Assembly: GCA_024684375.1 (NCBI GenBank)
Contig: JAIKWZ010000050.1
Location: 30,396 to 94,395, forward strand
Source of the DNA: Clostridiales bacterium
Lineage (GTDB): Bacteria > Bacillota > Clostridia > Christensenellales > Aristaeellaceae
Direction of reading: 5' to 3'
DNA length: 64,000 bases
The position numbers and the translations under genes are program-made. This document shows, one piece after another, positions 54,521 through 63,300 of the stretch (position 1 is the first letter of the stretch; every line of letters begins with the position of its first letter). Under the pieces are notes generated by a model. The model saw nothing but the letters and a program-made list of their open reading frames with translations, was not told where the DNA came from and ran no database searches.

Positions 54521-54612
54521 GAGCGTCCACTTTTTGGGACAATCTGCTCCGGGTTTCGTTTCTCTTGAGCCTCCACTTTTGCTGGCAAAACCCGGTTCGA
54601 TCATCCACTTTT
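54521..54612 (+). repeat. three direct TCCACTTTT repeats (two extended to GAGCNTCCACTTTT) between the tRNA and the integrase gene
   Basis: Exact 9-mers at 54526-54534, 54572-54580 and 54604-54612. The first two are preceded by GAGCG and GAGCC. Confidence 0.6.
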
Positions 54613-54707
54613 TATGGAAAATCAGCCCCAAAAACAAAAATAGACCCGCAGGATTGCATTTTCCTGCGAGCCGTTTTTGTTTTCCCAAATGCCGGTTCAA
54701 GCGTTAA

Positions 54708-56087
54708 TTAACTCTCTTCCAAGCTGCCGGCGAGTGCCATCAATACGGATTTCACTTCCGGTTTTGCAAGCAGCTTTGCTAACTTTTCTGCAGACAGCCC
54801 TTCCGGCAGCTCAGAGGTTATCGCCTTTTCCACATCTGTTTTCTTGCTCTCATAAAATGCTTGCTGGAACAGCAGAGCATTGTTCTGCCGGCTATCATCC
54901 AGGATGTGAGAGTACACTTCTGTCACCATATTTGCCTGGGCGTGTCCGGTATCACCCTGTACGGATTTGATGTCTCCACCGTTCAGTTTCAACTTGTAGG
55001 TGACGCTGGCATGACGGAACGAGTGAAATACTACGGGAGGCAGGTCGTTCTCTCTTATCAGTCGCCTGAGAGCTTTTCCCAGGGTATTTCCTTCTAAAGG
55101 ATACCCCAGTTCACCCGTAAAGACCAGATCATAGTTTTTGTACTCTATATCAAGTTCTTTTCGCTTGGCTTCCTGCATCGCCTTCCAGCTGACCAGCATT
55201 TCGGCCACAGCCCTGGGCATGAACACCTTGCGTATACTGCTCTCCGTCTTGGGTTTTTTTAAAACCAGTACAGTCGCCGTATTGGGAGACTGAGCCGGAA
55301 ACGTAAACTGTACATCCTTTTCCTCCAGTTCATCCAATATCTCACGACTTACCCTCTGCAGTTCCTTGGTAATGCTGATTGCCGGGGTATTGTTCTTTAT
55401 GCTTTCCGGGCTTATATCCACACAATCCCAGGTCAGCCCCAGCATCTCTCCCATGCGCAGGGAACAGCAGAAGGAAAGATTGAGCGCCAGGGCCAGTCTC
55501 GGATCTTCACACAACTTGAGTGCACGGAACAGCGTTTCCGCCGTCCAGATTTCCCGTTTTGCACTGACTACCTTGGGCACCATAGCATTGTCTGCCGGAT
55601 TCTTCTCTATAAGCTCCCACTTCATAGCCTGGTTAAAGCAGCTTCGAAGCAGCTTATGAACATCATGTACAGTATGCGGCGAAATAAGCCTGTCTTTGGG
55701 ATTCAGGGCGTTATTGTGCACCGCATTGGTTTTGAGCAGCTTCTGGTAATAGCGTTCCAACATGCGGGGAGAGATATCTGAAATCTGCGTTTCGCCAAGT
55801 ATGGGACGAATGTAATGATCGACGAGCGCCGTATTGCTCTGGTACGTGGATAGCGCCCACCTGTTTTTTCCGTAGACCTCTATGTATTCGTTCAGGAGTT
55901 CCCCCAGCGTCTTGCACTGCGGTACGGTAAAGGTACCGACAGACATTTTATACTCTATCTCTTTTTTCCGCTTTTTAGCGTCAGCAAGGGTCTTGAAGGT
56001 TTCCCATTTCTGCCTTCTCCTCCCTTCCTCATCCGTATAGCTGTATATGACGTTATATGAATCATTTCTTTCCCGGATTGTTGCCAT
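54708..56087 (-). CDS. tyrosine-type site-specific recombinase/integrase
   Basis: Start MATIRERNDSYNVIYSY (N-terminal arm-binding-type domain). Catalytic pattern LRMGEMLGLTW (Arg), HSFRHASVT (His-x-x-Arg) and HAQANMVTEVYSH (His, Tyr). Confidence 0.9.
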   Translation of the reverse strand: MATIRERNDSYNVIYSYTDEEGRRRQKWETFKTLADAKKRKKEIEYKMSVGTFTVPQCKTLGELLNEYIEVYGKNRWALSTYQSNTALVDHYIRPILGETQISDISPRMLERYYQKLLKTNAVHNNALNPKDRLISPHTVHDVHKLLRSCFNQAMKWELIEKNPADNAMVPKVVSAKREIWTAETLFRALKLCEDPRLALALNLSFCCSLRMGEMLGLTWDCVDISPESIKNNTPAISITKELQRVSREILDELEEKDVQFTFPAQSPNTATVLVLKKPKTESSIRKVFMPRAVAEMLVSWKAMQEAKRKELDIEYKNYDLVFTGELGYPLEGNTLGKALRRLIRENDLPPVVFHSFRHASVTYKLKLNGGDIKSVQGDTGHAQANMVTEVYSHILDDSRQNNALLFQQAFYESKKTDVEKAITSELPEGLSAEKLAKLLAKPEVKSVLMALAGSLEES

Positions 56088-56088
56088 G

Positions 56089-56829
56089 TCAATCTTCACC
56101 TCCATTTTGCAATAAGAATACTTCGCTGGCATGGATAAGGTAGCCTTTTCTCGTTTTTACTACTTGAATCGCTCCGGAATTGATCAGCCGGTAGATACGC
56201 TTTTTATCAATTCCCAGCCTCCCAACCAGTTCAGATACCTCATAATACTCTTTTTCGGCTGTGTCGGAAGCGACGTTCGCCATCTCTTCGCTTTGTTGAT
56301 CTTCAGCTGTCTCACACTCATTTTTGCGTTCATCCATCGGACAACTTGTTTGAGGCCCCGCCAGCTTCACCGCAGGCGATATACATTTTTCTATCGGTTT
56401 AGCGTCAGAATCCCTGTTTTCAGAGATTCTGAATTTGTCCTGCCCGGCATACCAGGTATCAAAGCTCTCTTTGGTAACGCGTAGAGTGAGATCTGCTTTA
56501 AATGTCTTCAGCATATTTTTCCTGATCCGATCATAAACCGTCATATCGCTGATTGAAAGCAAGTTGGCAATCTCACGCACCGTATAAGAACCCTCGCGCA
56601 GTTTTATTCCTGGTGGCTTGCCATTCGTCTGAATATAGTGCGTTTGGTTGTCATACCAGTTGTCGAAGCTTTTCTGCATGATCCGTATTCTTCCAAGAAC
56701 GGTAACTGTTTCAAAGCATTTTTTCTTGATCAGCCAATAGCTCTCTGTTTTGCTGATACCCAGCATTTCTCTTAGCTTGCTCGCCGGGAAAGAGTTCTGT
56801 ATGAGCTCCATTGTTTTATCGGCATCCAT
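56089..56829 (-). CDS. protein with three excisionase/MerR-type HTH (HTH_17-like) modules
   Basis: Three repeats of the pattern (Y/L)xxxExxxxLGISxxxxYxLIxxxxxxxxxxxGxxxIxxxSFDxWY. An acidic linker precedes the third. The stop lies 1 nt from the integrase start. Confidence 0.7.
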   Translation of the reverse strand: MDADKTMELIQNSFPASKLREMLGISKTESYWLIKKKCFETVTVLGRIRIMQKSFDNWYDNQTHYIQTNGKPPGIKLREGSYTVREIANLLSISDMTVYDRIRKNMLKTFKADLTLRVTKESFDTWYAGQDKFRISENRDSDAKPIEKCISPAVKLAGPQTSCPMDERKNECETAEDQQSEEMANVASDTAEKEYYEVSELVGRLGIDKKRIYRLINSGAIQVVKTRKGYLIHASEVFLLQNGGED

Positions 56830-56887
56830 ATCCTCACCTCCGCGACCATCGTAAGGTCATATGCGTCAAAAGAGAAATGTATGAATG

Positions 56888-57178
56888 TTAATTTTGGGCG
56901 CTGCGCGACAAGATGTCGCAAAGATGGGCAAAAGACTTATCAGCTGCGGCATCTGCTTTTTTCCTGGATTCGCCGTTATTTCCAATAATATCCTTATTGC
57001 TTCGCATGCTTTCTTCCAGCCACGAATCAAAGCTCGTGCGGGATATCCTGTATGCGTTTCCACCTATCATGATCCAGTGGAATTCCCGCTTCTTCAGCAG
57101 GTTATAAACAGTGGTACGGCTAATTCCGAGCAGCTTCTGCACTTCGGCTACGGTATAGTATTGTCTTTCTTCAGTCAT
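56888..57178 (-). CDS. excisionase-family HTH DNA-binding protein
   Basis: YYTVAEVQKLLGISRTTVYNLLKKREFHWIMIGGNAYRISRTSFDSWL. ATGA overlap with the ParB-like gene stop. Confidence 0.7.
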   Translation of the reverse strand: MTEERQYYTVAEVQKLLGISRTTVYNLLKKREFHWIMIGGNAYRISRTSFDSWLEESMRSNKDIIGNNGESRKKADAAADKSFAHLCDILSRSAQN

Positions 57179-58005
57179 AAGCACTCGTCCTTTCTTTTTT
57201 CATGTACATGAAGGGCGTAAAAACTGCAGGCTCGGACGATGAAGTCCTCAGCCTGCTTTGGGGTGTATTCCCTGGGGATTATTCCGGTCAAACGTTCCAA
57301 TGGTATGCGTATGCTTTCACGCTGATTTGCCTTTTCCCGACTCATGAGTTCTGAAATAAAATCTTTTGTCAGTGTCTCGTCTATACTTTTTTCTTTCAGT
57401 CTGATCGACTGACTGACCGATGGTGTACAGTCATTTTTCAGCATAGCGTCCAGCAGCCAGTACTGTTCTTCATCCGTAAGATAAGAGATATTTGTCGCCG
57501 GGGTAAATGCCATTACGCTTTCATCCACCATTTTCAGCAGCTCCGGAATAAGAAATGTCAGCCGTATGATTCTCTGCACCTGTCTGCCACTGTCCACGGC
57601 GCTGACCAAATCCGAGCTGGGGCGATCAGCTATATCCAGGTGTTTCCCCTGATGCCGAATCGCTTCCAGCTTCATCCTGTACGCGAACGCTTTTTCCGAA
57701 AGCAGCAAATGATCCCGGTGCAAATTGCTGTCCACCAAAGCGATGGCGGCCTCGTCCCTGTTCATTTCCCTTACAAAAGCCGGTACCGTTTTTCTGCCTG
57801 CCAGTTCGCTTGCCCGCACCCTTCTGTGTCCGGAGATAATTTCAAATTTTCCGTCTGTCAAGGACCGAACGACTATCGGAGATAAAACGCCTTGTGCGCG
57901 GATGCTGTCAGCCAAAGCATACATTTCATCATTATCCATAACCTTATATGGGTGACCTGCAAAGGGGCATAAATGGTCTATTGGAATATATCTTACGTCA
58001 TTCAA
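57175..58005 (-). CDS. ParB/Srx N-terminal (nuclease-like) domain protein
   Basis: GVLSPIVVRSLTDGKFEIISGHRRVRASELAG matches the ParB box II/III region. Confidence 0.75.
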   Translation of the reverse strand: MNDVRYIPIDHLCPFAGHPYKVMDNDEMYALADSIRAQGVLSPIVVRSLTDGKFEIISGHRRVRASELAGRKTVPAFVREMNRDEAAIALVDSNLHRDHLLLSEKAFAYRMKLEAIRHQGKHLDIADRPSSDLVSAVDSGRQVQRIIRLTFLIPELLKMVDESVMAFTPATNISYLTDEEQYWLLDAMLKNDCTPSVSQSIRLKEKSIDETLTKDFISELMSREKANQRESIRIPLERLTGIIPREYTPKQAEDFIVRACSFYALHVHEKRKDECL

Positions 58006-58381
58006 GCCTTTTCTCCTCGTGTAGCCGCATGAGCTTGTCCCTTACAGAGATTCTTTTTTCCGGTATAGCAGTGGACTTTAAGTCTGTTTTCTGCCGGATC
58101 AGCTGAATCACATAGGGAGAAAAACCGTCATCATTTTTATCAAGAATCAGGCGTGCTTCTTCATCCAGCACTATGTTTTCCATTCTGTTACCGTGTTTAT
58201 CGTTCTGCAAAAGAAAAAAAGGAGCTCCTTCGATGACTACGGAATCTGTTACAGACCAGGTGCCTCCCTGTCCATCTATATGGATTGATTTGGTTTGCTT
58301 ATCTATTTTCATATATATGTCCCCACGCATTAGTTTGTATTCAGATTCGAATCTTTTCTTGCTGATTCTGTTTACTGCCAT
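57998..58381 (-). CDS. hypothetical protein sharing a domain of about 70 aa with the next upstream ORF
   Basis: GTWSVTDSVVIEGAPFFLLQ...DDGFSPYVIQLIRQ. The start is uncertain; ATG 58312 with a GGGGA RBS is an alternative. Confidence 0.45.
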   Translation of the reverse strand: MAVNRISKKRFESEYKLMRGDIYMKIDKQTKSIHIDGQGGTWSVTDSVVIEGAPFFLLQNDKHGNRMENIVLDEEARLILDKNDDGFSPYVIQLIRQKTDLKSTAIPEKRISVRDKLMRLHEEKRLE

Positions 58382-59189
58382 GCAGAATAGCCTGTTTCTC
58401 TCTCAGGCGCTTTCTTACTGACTCACGCGGTCCATCCTTCTTTTTGGCATTATTGTTTTGCCCGTCAATCATATTGTAATTTGATTCTTCCGTAACTTCT
58501 GAACTGGATGAACGCTCATAGGTACCGTTCTCATAGAACCTGTGAAACCGTTCCTGCTCCGGTTTTGTATGAATCTGCGTAGATATGGATTGGGACTGCT
58601 GCGGCATTTGCATGGGCATTTCCGGGTGTATGAATTTGCGGATCAATAGCACAGTCTCGTCGTCAAAATCATTGCGGGCGTCATCTGTCACAATATGGCC
58701 CACCGCATCTGAGATGATTCCGGCTGCCTGTCTGCCGTATTCCATGCTCTCCATGAGGAAAAACATTTGCCCTTCCACCGTGACAGTATCCGCCACTTGC
58801 CAAAGGCCCGGTTTGCCGCTTATATGAAAATTGGTGCTGTAGGGAGTAAGCGGAGCGCTTTCGGAAACGGTACTCTCGAAAAAGCCGGCTAAACGTACCA
58901 TGCCAATATCGTCCAGATAATAGCACTCCGTTTGCCCGTCCCTGTCCATGGTAATTACATCGCCCAGGCCGGGCGCTCTGTTGGAGAACACCCGCCTGGG
59001 CTTGGACTGTATGGTTTTGCGGACGGTGGAAGCGCTCATATCCTTAAGAAGCAGCCCTTTGTATACACAGTCATACCGACTCTCTGTAACGCTCCCACCA
59101 TGGGAAATCACATATTCGTAGCTCTGATGCAGAAATTCAGCGTTGTCCGGTTCATCCTTCATCTGATACAGGCAATACATATTGCTCAT
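58341..59189 (-). CDS. YodL-like domain protein with C-terminal conserved domain
   Basis: N-terminal YCLYQMKDEP...YDCVYKG...GDVITMDRDGQTECYYLDDIGMVRL resembles YodL-like domains. It then has GLWQVADTVTVEGQMFFLME...NDFDDETVLLIRK. Confidence 0.55.
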   Translation of the reverse strand: MSNMYCLYQMKDEPDNAEFLHQSYEYVISHGGSVTESRYDCVYKGLLLKDMSASTVRKTIQSKPRRVFSNRAPGLGDVITMDRDGQTECYYLDDIGMVRLAGFFESTVSESAPLTPYSTNFHISGKPGLWQVADTVTVEGQMFFLMESMEYGRQAAGIISDAVGHIVTDDARNDFDDETVLLIRKFIHPEMPMQMPQQSQSISTQIHTKPEQERFHRFYENGTYERSSSSEVTEESNYNMIDGQNNNAKKKDGPRESVRKRLREKQAILHGSKQNQQEKIRI

Positions 59190-60337
59190 TCAAGCGCGGG
59201 CTGCCTGCGTTTCCCGGCAGCAGCTTCCAAAGCTTTGTCTATGGATTTCCGGGCTAAATCCTTTTTGCCCTGCAATGCGCTTCTCACTGAAGGACGCTCT
59301 TTTGCCACCAGTTCTTTGCGAATCTGCATATCCCTGTCTGTTGGACAGGGGATCTGTTTGAAACCGATGCTGTCCACATAATACGCTTTTTCCGTTTCGC
59401 CCTTCATGATGACAATAATATCGCTTACGGAGAGCGAATGACCATAGAAGTCTTTGGGTTTATCCAAATTAAACTTGGCATATAGATCGTCCAGCCAGAC
59501 GCCCTGAGGGAGCTTATCCTGATACACCAGTTCATAAGCGCCAAAATCGATCTCCCTGCCGGAGACCTTTTTAGCGGTTTCCATATCAGCAAACATCAGG
59601 TTGCGTGCCTGCGGACTGGGCTTCAACTGGTAAATCTGGTATTGCTGCTCGTGTTCGCTGCCGGGCATAAAGTCGAAAGGCGCAACGGTATTCCCGCTTC
59701 TTTCCATTCGTTCTGCAAACTCGCAGATGTGAAAAAGATTAAAACTGCTGTTGCCAACTTCAAGGTGATAGGGATCAATGTATCGGCAGGTGAGATCCTG
59801 CTGTTTCCCATCGGGAGACGTAATGCGGATTTTCCCGCCGTCCGGAAGCCGGAACTGTTCATTGTAAGAGCTGTCAATAAAGCGGATACCCTGCTCTGCT
59901 TCCTGCATATGCCTGTCAAGGGAATCCTTTTTGTAGCAATAGCAGTACAGATTATGGTCTTTACTGTCTGGATTCAGCCTCAGTATGTAGCTGTGATCTT
60001 TCGTGTCCACCCTGAATCCATAGTTGTTTTCGGCTGTTTCCATACGAGCTTCAGGATGTGCCTGGCAATATTTGAGCATGGAATGCCTGTGTTTGATCGC
60101 GCTGTCGTATTTCGCGTCAAGGCACAGAGTTTTGATGACATCATACATCTCATTGCGGAAAGCTTCGTCCTCAAGGCCGGTTCTTCTGCTGAACCATGTG
60201 GTCAGGAAAGTATTCTGATCCGTATGCATGTCCGCGCACAAATGACCTATGCAGCCTGTCTGGGAAGACAGTTGCTGGGACTGGTTGTAACTATACAAGT
60301 CTTCGGTTCTCGTTGTGGGTCGAATCGTAAAATCCAT
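59186..60337 (-). CDS. YodL-like domain protein (C-terminal) with unknown N-terminal domain
   Basis: YQIYQLKPSPQARNLMF...YELVYQDKL...DLYAKFNLDKPKDFYGHSLSVSDIIVIMKGETEKAYYVDSIGFKQIP fits the YodL-like pattern common in Firmicutes conjugative elements. Confidence 0.6.
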   Translation of the reverse strand: MDFTIRPTTRTEDLYSYNQSQQLSSQTGCIGHLCADMHTDQNTFLTTWFSRRTGLEDEAFRNEMYDVIKTLCLDAKYDSAIKHRHSMLKYCQAHPEARMETAENNYGFRVDTKDHSYILRLNPDSKDHNLYCYCYKKDSLDRHMQEAEQGIRFIDSSYNEQFRLPDGGKIRITSPDGKQQDLTCRYIDPYHLEVGNSSFNLFHICEFAERMERSGNTVAPFDFMPGSEHEQQYQIYQLKPSPQARNLMFADMETAKKVSGREIDFGAYELVYQDKLPQGVWLDDLYAKFNLDKPKDFYGHSLSVSDIIVIMKGETEKAYYVDSIGFKQIPCPTDRDMQIRKELVAKERPSVRSALQGKKDLARKSIDKALEAAAGKRRQPALE

Positions 60338-60379
60338 AGAATCACCTCATAAGTTCTATATTTTTAGTACAGTGTGTTT

Positions 60380-63300
60380 TTACAGTACTTCCTCGCAGGC
60401 GCGTTTTCGTGCCGTCGTCGTGCTTTCCTGAGAAGGAGCATCCGGCTCGGTTTCGGAAACGCTGCTCTCATCGTCCAGCAGCGCCGCTTCTGAGCTGTGC
60501 TCATCCATATTCAAGAGGGAATTCAGCTCACCGAGCCGCGTTGTCTTCTCCTGGAGCTCCTGCTCCTGCGGGAAGGGTTTGCCTACTTCATGTTTTGCGT
60601 TCTCCATTTGCTGCTGGAGGTTCTCCAACTTGAGCATTGCCTCTTCCAGGCGTTTGGGCAGCGCGTCCAGAGCGTTGTTAATGCGGGTAATGTTGCCAGA
60701 TGGATCAGCGCCGAGTTCTACGGAATAATTGCCCTGTCCATGCAGCGTGACGAGATATTGACTGGTAAGCAGGTTATAACTGCCCATGAGCTGAAAAGCG
60801 CCGTATTCGCCGACGGGTATCTCTGTATTCAGTCCTTTTGTCACCGTGCATGCTTTGATCAGCGCGGCACCGGCATCCTTGCGCTCAGTATATGCCTTCT
60901 CGGATACGGTCATAACGAAATGATCCTTATCCTGCGCCATGATCGGTTTTGCTGTTTCAATATCCGCACTCAGGTTCTGCATCCTCTGCTGCATAGCGGC
61001 AATTTGTGTGGGATAAGTGCGGGCTATATCGCTTTCCAATCTGTATTGCTGGCTGACATGCGCTGCCTTCAGCATTTTTAGCTTTGATACCCGCACGTCC
61101 AAATCCATCTTTTCCTTTATGTATGGATTGCCGGTAGCCAACGCTTTTATTTCCGCATAGGACAAAGCCGTATCGTCAACGTCTTCGCAGGCGCGCACCG
61201 GGGATTTGCTGGTCATGATCTGGGAAATGAATTTCTGTTTATTCTCCAATAGTTGCCACATGTAAGCGTCAAAAGTACCCTCCGTCACATAGCGATAAAT
61301 CTGCACTTCCGGGTTCATGTTGCCTTGCCGGAGTATACGCCCTTCCTGCTGCTCCAGATCGCTGGGTTTCCACGGAGCGTCCAGATGGTGCAATGCAATC
61401 AGCCTGTCCTGAATATTGGTGCCGGCGCCGAGCTTGGGTGTGGAGCCTAAGAGAACACGCACCTGCCCGGAGCGTACTTTGGCGAACAGTTCCGCCTTCT
61501 TTGTCTCTGTATCTGCGTCATGGATAAAAGCAATCTCTTCAGCGGGAATACCCCGGGCCATAAGCTTGTCACGTACATCGGAATACACGTTAAACGTACC
61601 GTCAGACTTCGGTGTGGATAAATCACAGAATATGAGCTGAGTCGTTTTCTCGGATACGCCTTCATTCCATATCCTATACACATTATCCACACAGGCATTT
61701 ACTTTGCTTGTCTCCGCGTCCGGCATCAGGGGATTGATGAGCCGCTGATCCAGTGCGCATTTTCTGCCGTCATTGGTAATTTTGAGCATATTATCCGTTC
61801 TGGGATCGACCGAACCGCTACGAACCTTTTCGGCGCGTTCCGCAAAAGATTCCACTAATTCCGTTTGCTCCGGGCTCGGCTTTAGTACCGTATTGATGAA
61901 TTCTGCTTTGGGCACGGGCAGCTTCAGCATATCCGGTGTCTGTACATCCGCAGCTTCCTTGAACACAGAGATGAGTTCCGGAAGATTAAAGAAACGAGCA
62001 AAACGTGTTTTCGCTCTGTAACCGGTACCTTCCGGGGCGAGCTCTATCGCGGTCACGGTATCTCCAAACGTCGCAGCCCAGGCATCAAAATGCCCGAGTC
62101 CCATGTTTTGCAGGGTATCAAACTGCAAATAACGCATAATGGTGTACATTTCCACCATGCTGTTGGAGATGGGCGTACCGGTTGCAAACACCACGCCCTT
62201 TCCACCCGTCAGCTCATCCATATATCGGCACTTCATGAACATGTCAGATGACTTTTGAGCATCCGTCTGCTGTATGCCGGCCACATTCTGCATTTTGGTA
62301 TACAGGAACAAATTCTTGTAATTATGACTCTCATCCACGAATAGCTTGTCTACACCCAGTTCCTCGAAGGTCACAACATCGTCTTTCCGCGCCTGGTTGT
62401 TCAGGCGATTCAAACGTACTTCGAGGGACTTGCGAGTGCGCTCCATCTGCTTTACAGTGAAGTTTTCACTTCTCCGCGAGCCGACAGCCTCAATTGCGGC
62501 AGTGATCTCGTCGATCTGCGCCTGTATGGTAGCAACCTGTCGCTCGCGCGAAAGAGGAATCTTTTCAAACTGGCTGTGGCCGATAATGATTGCGTCGTAA
62601 GAGCCGGTGGCGATGCGGGAACAGAAGCGCTTGCGGTTGGCAGGTTCGAAATCCTTGCGTGTAGCGACCAGAATACTTGCACCGGGATACAGGCGCAGGA
62701 AATCCGCGCCCCACTGTTCCGTCAGATGATTGGGCACCACATACAGGTTCTTCTGGGATAGTCCCAACCGTATGCTTTCCATACCGGCAGCAATCATCTC
62801 GAAAGTTTTGCCTGCGCCTACGCAATGCGCCAGAAGTGTATTCCCGCCATACAGGATATGCGCGACGGCATTCTTCTGATGCGGCATTAGGCTGATCTCC
62901 GGCGTCATGCCCACAAAGCGTATATGGGAGCCGTCATATTCACGGGGACGGATGCTGTTGAACCATTCGTTGTACTTCTGACAAAGCGTTTCACGGCGAT
63001 TCATGTCCTTAAAGATCCACTCCCTGAAAGCGGAACGGATCATTTCCTGCTTCTGCTGGGCCAGCATGGTCTCCTTTTTGTTGAGCTCGCGGATATCTCC
63101 ATCCAGTGTATGAATGATGTCGTATATTTTTGTTTCCTTCAGGTTCAGTGCGTCCTCCAAAAGCCTGTAGGCGTTTACGCGAGATGTACCGTAAGTCATT
63201 TCCGTCGTGGGATTACTGTGATCGAGTGTTTTGCCCTGAATAAACCAGGCGCCGCTCACTTCGGCATAGTTTGCGCTGATATGCCTGCCCAGGTAGTAAA

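Noticed and set aside
54097-54530. A 9-nt inverted match (TGGACGCTC / GAGCGTCCA) flanking the intact tRNA, as possible terminal inverted repeats.
   Set aside because: A single 9-mer match between two windows of about 250 bp has roughly a one-in-four chance expectation, and the pairing does not extend.
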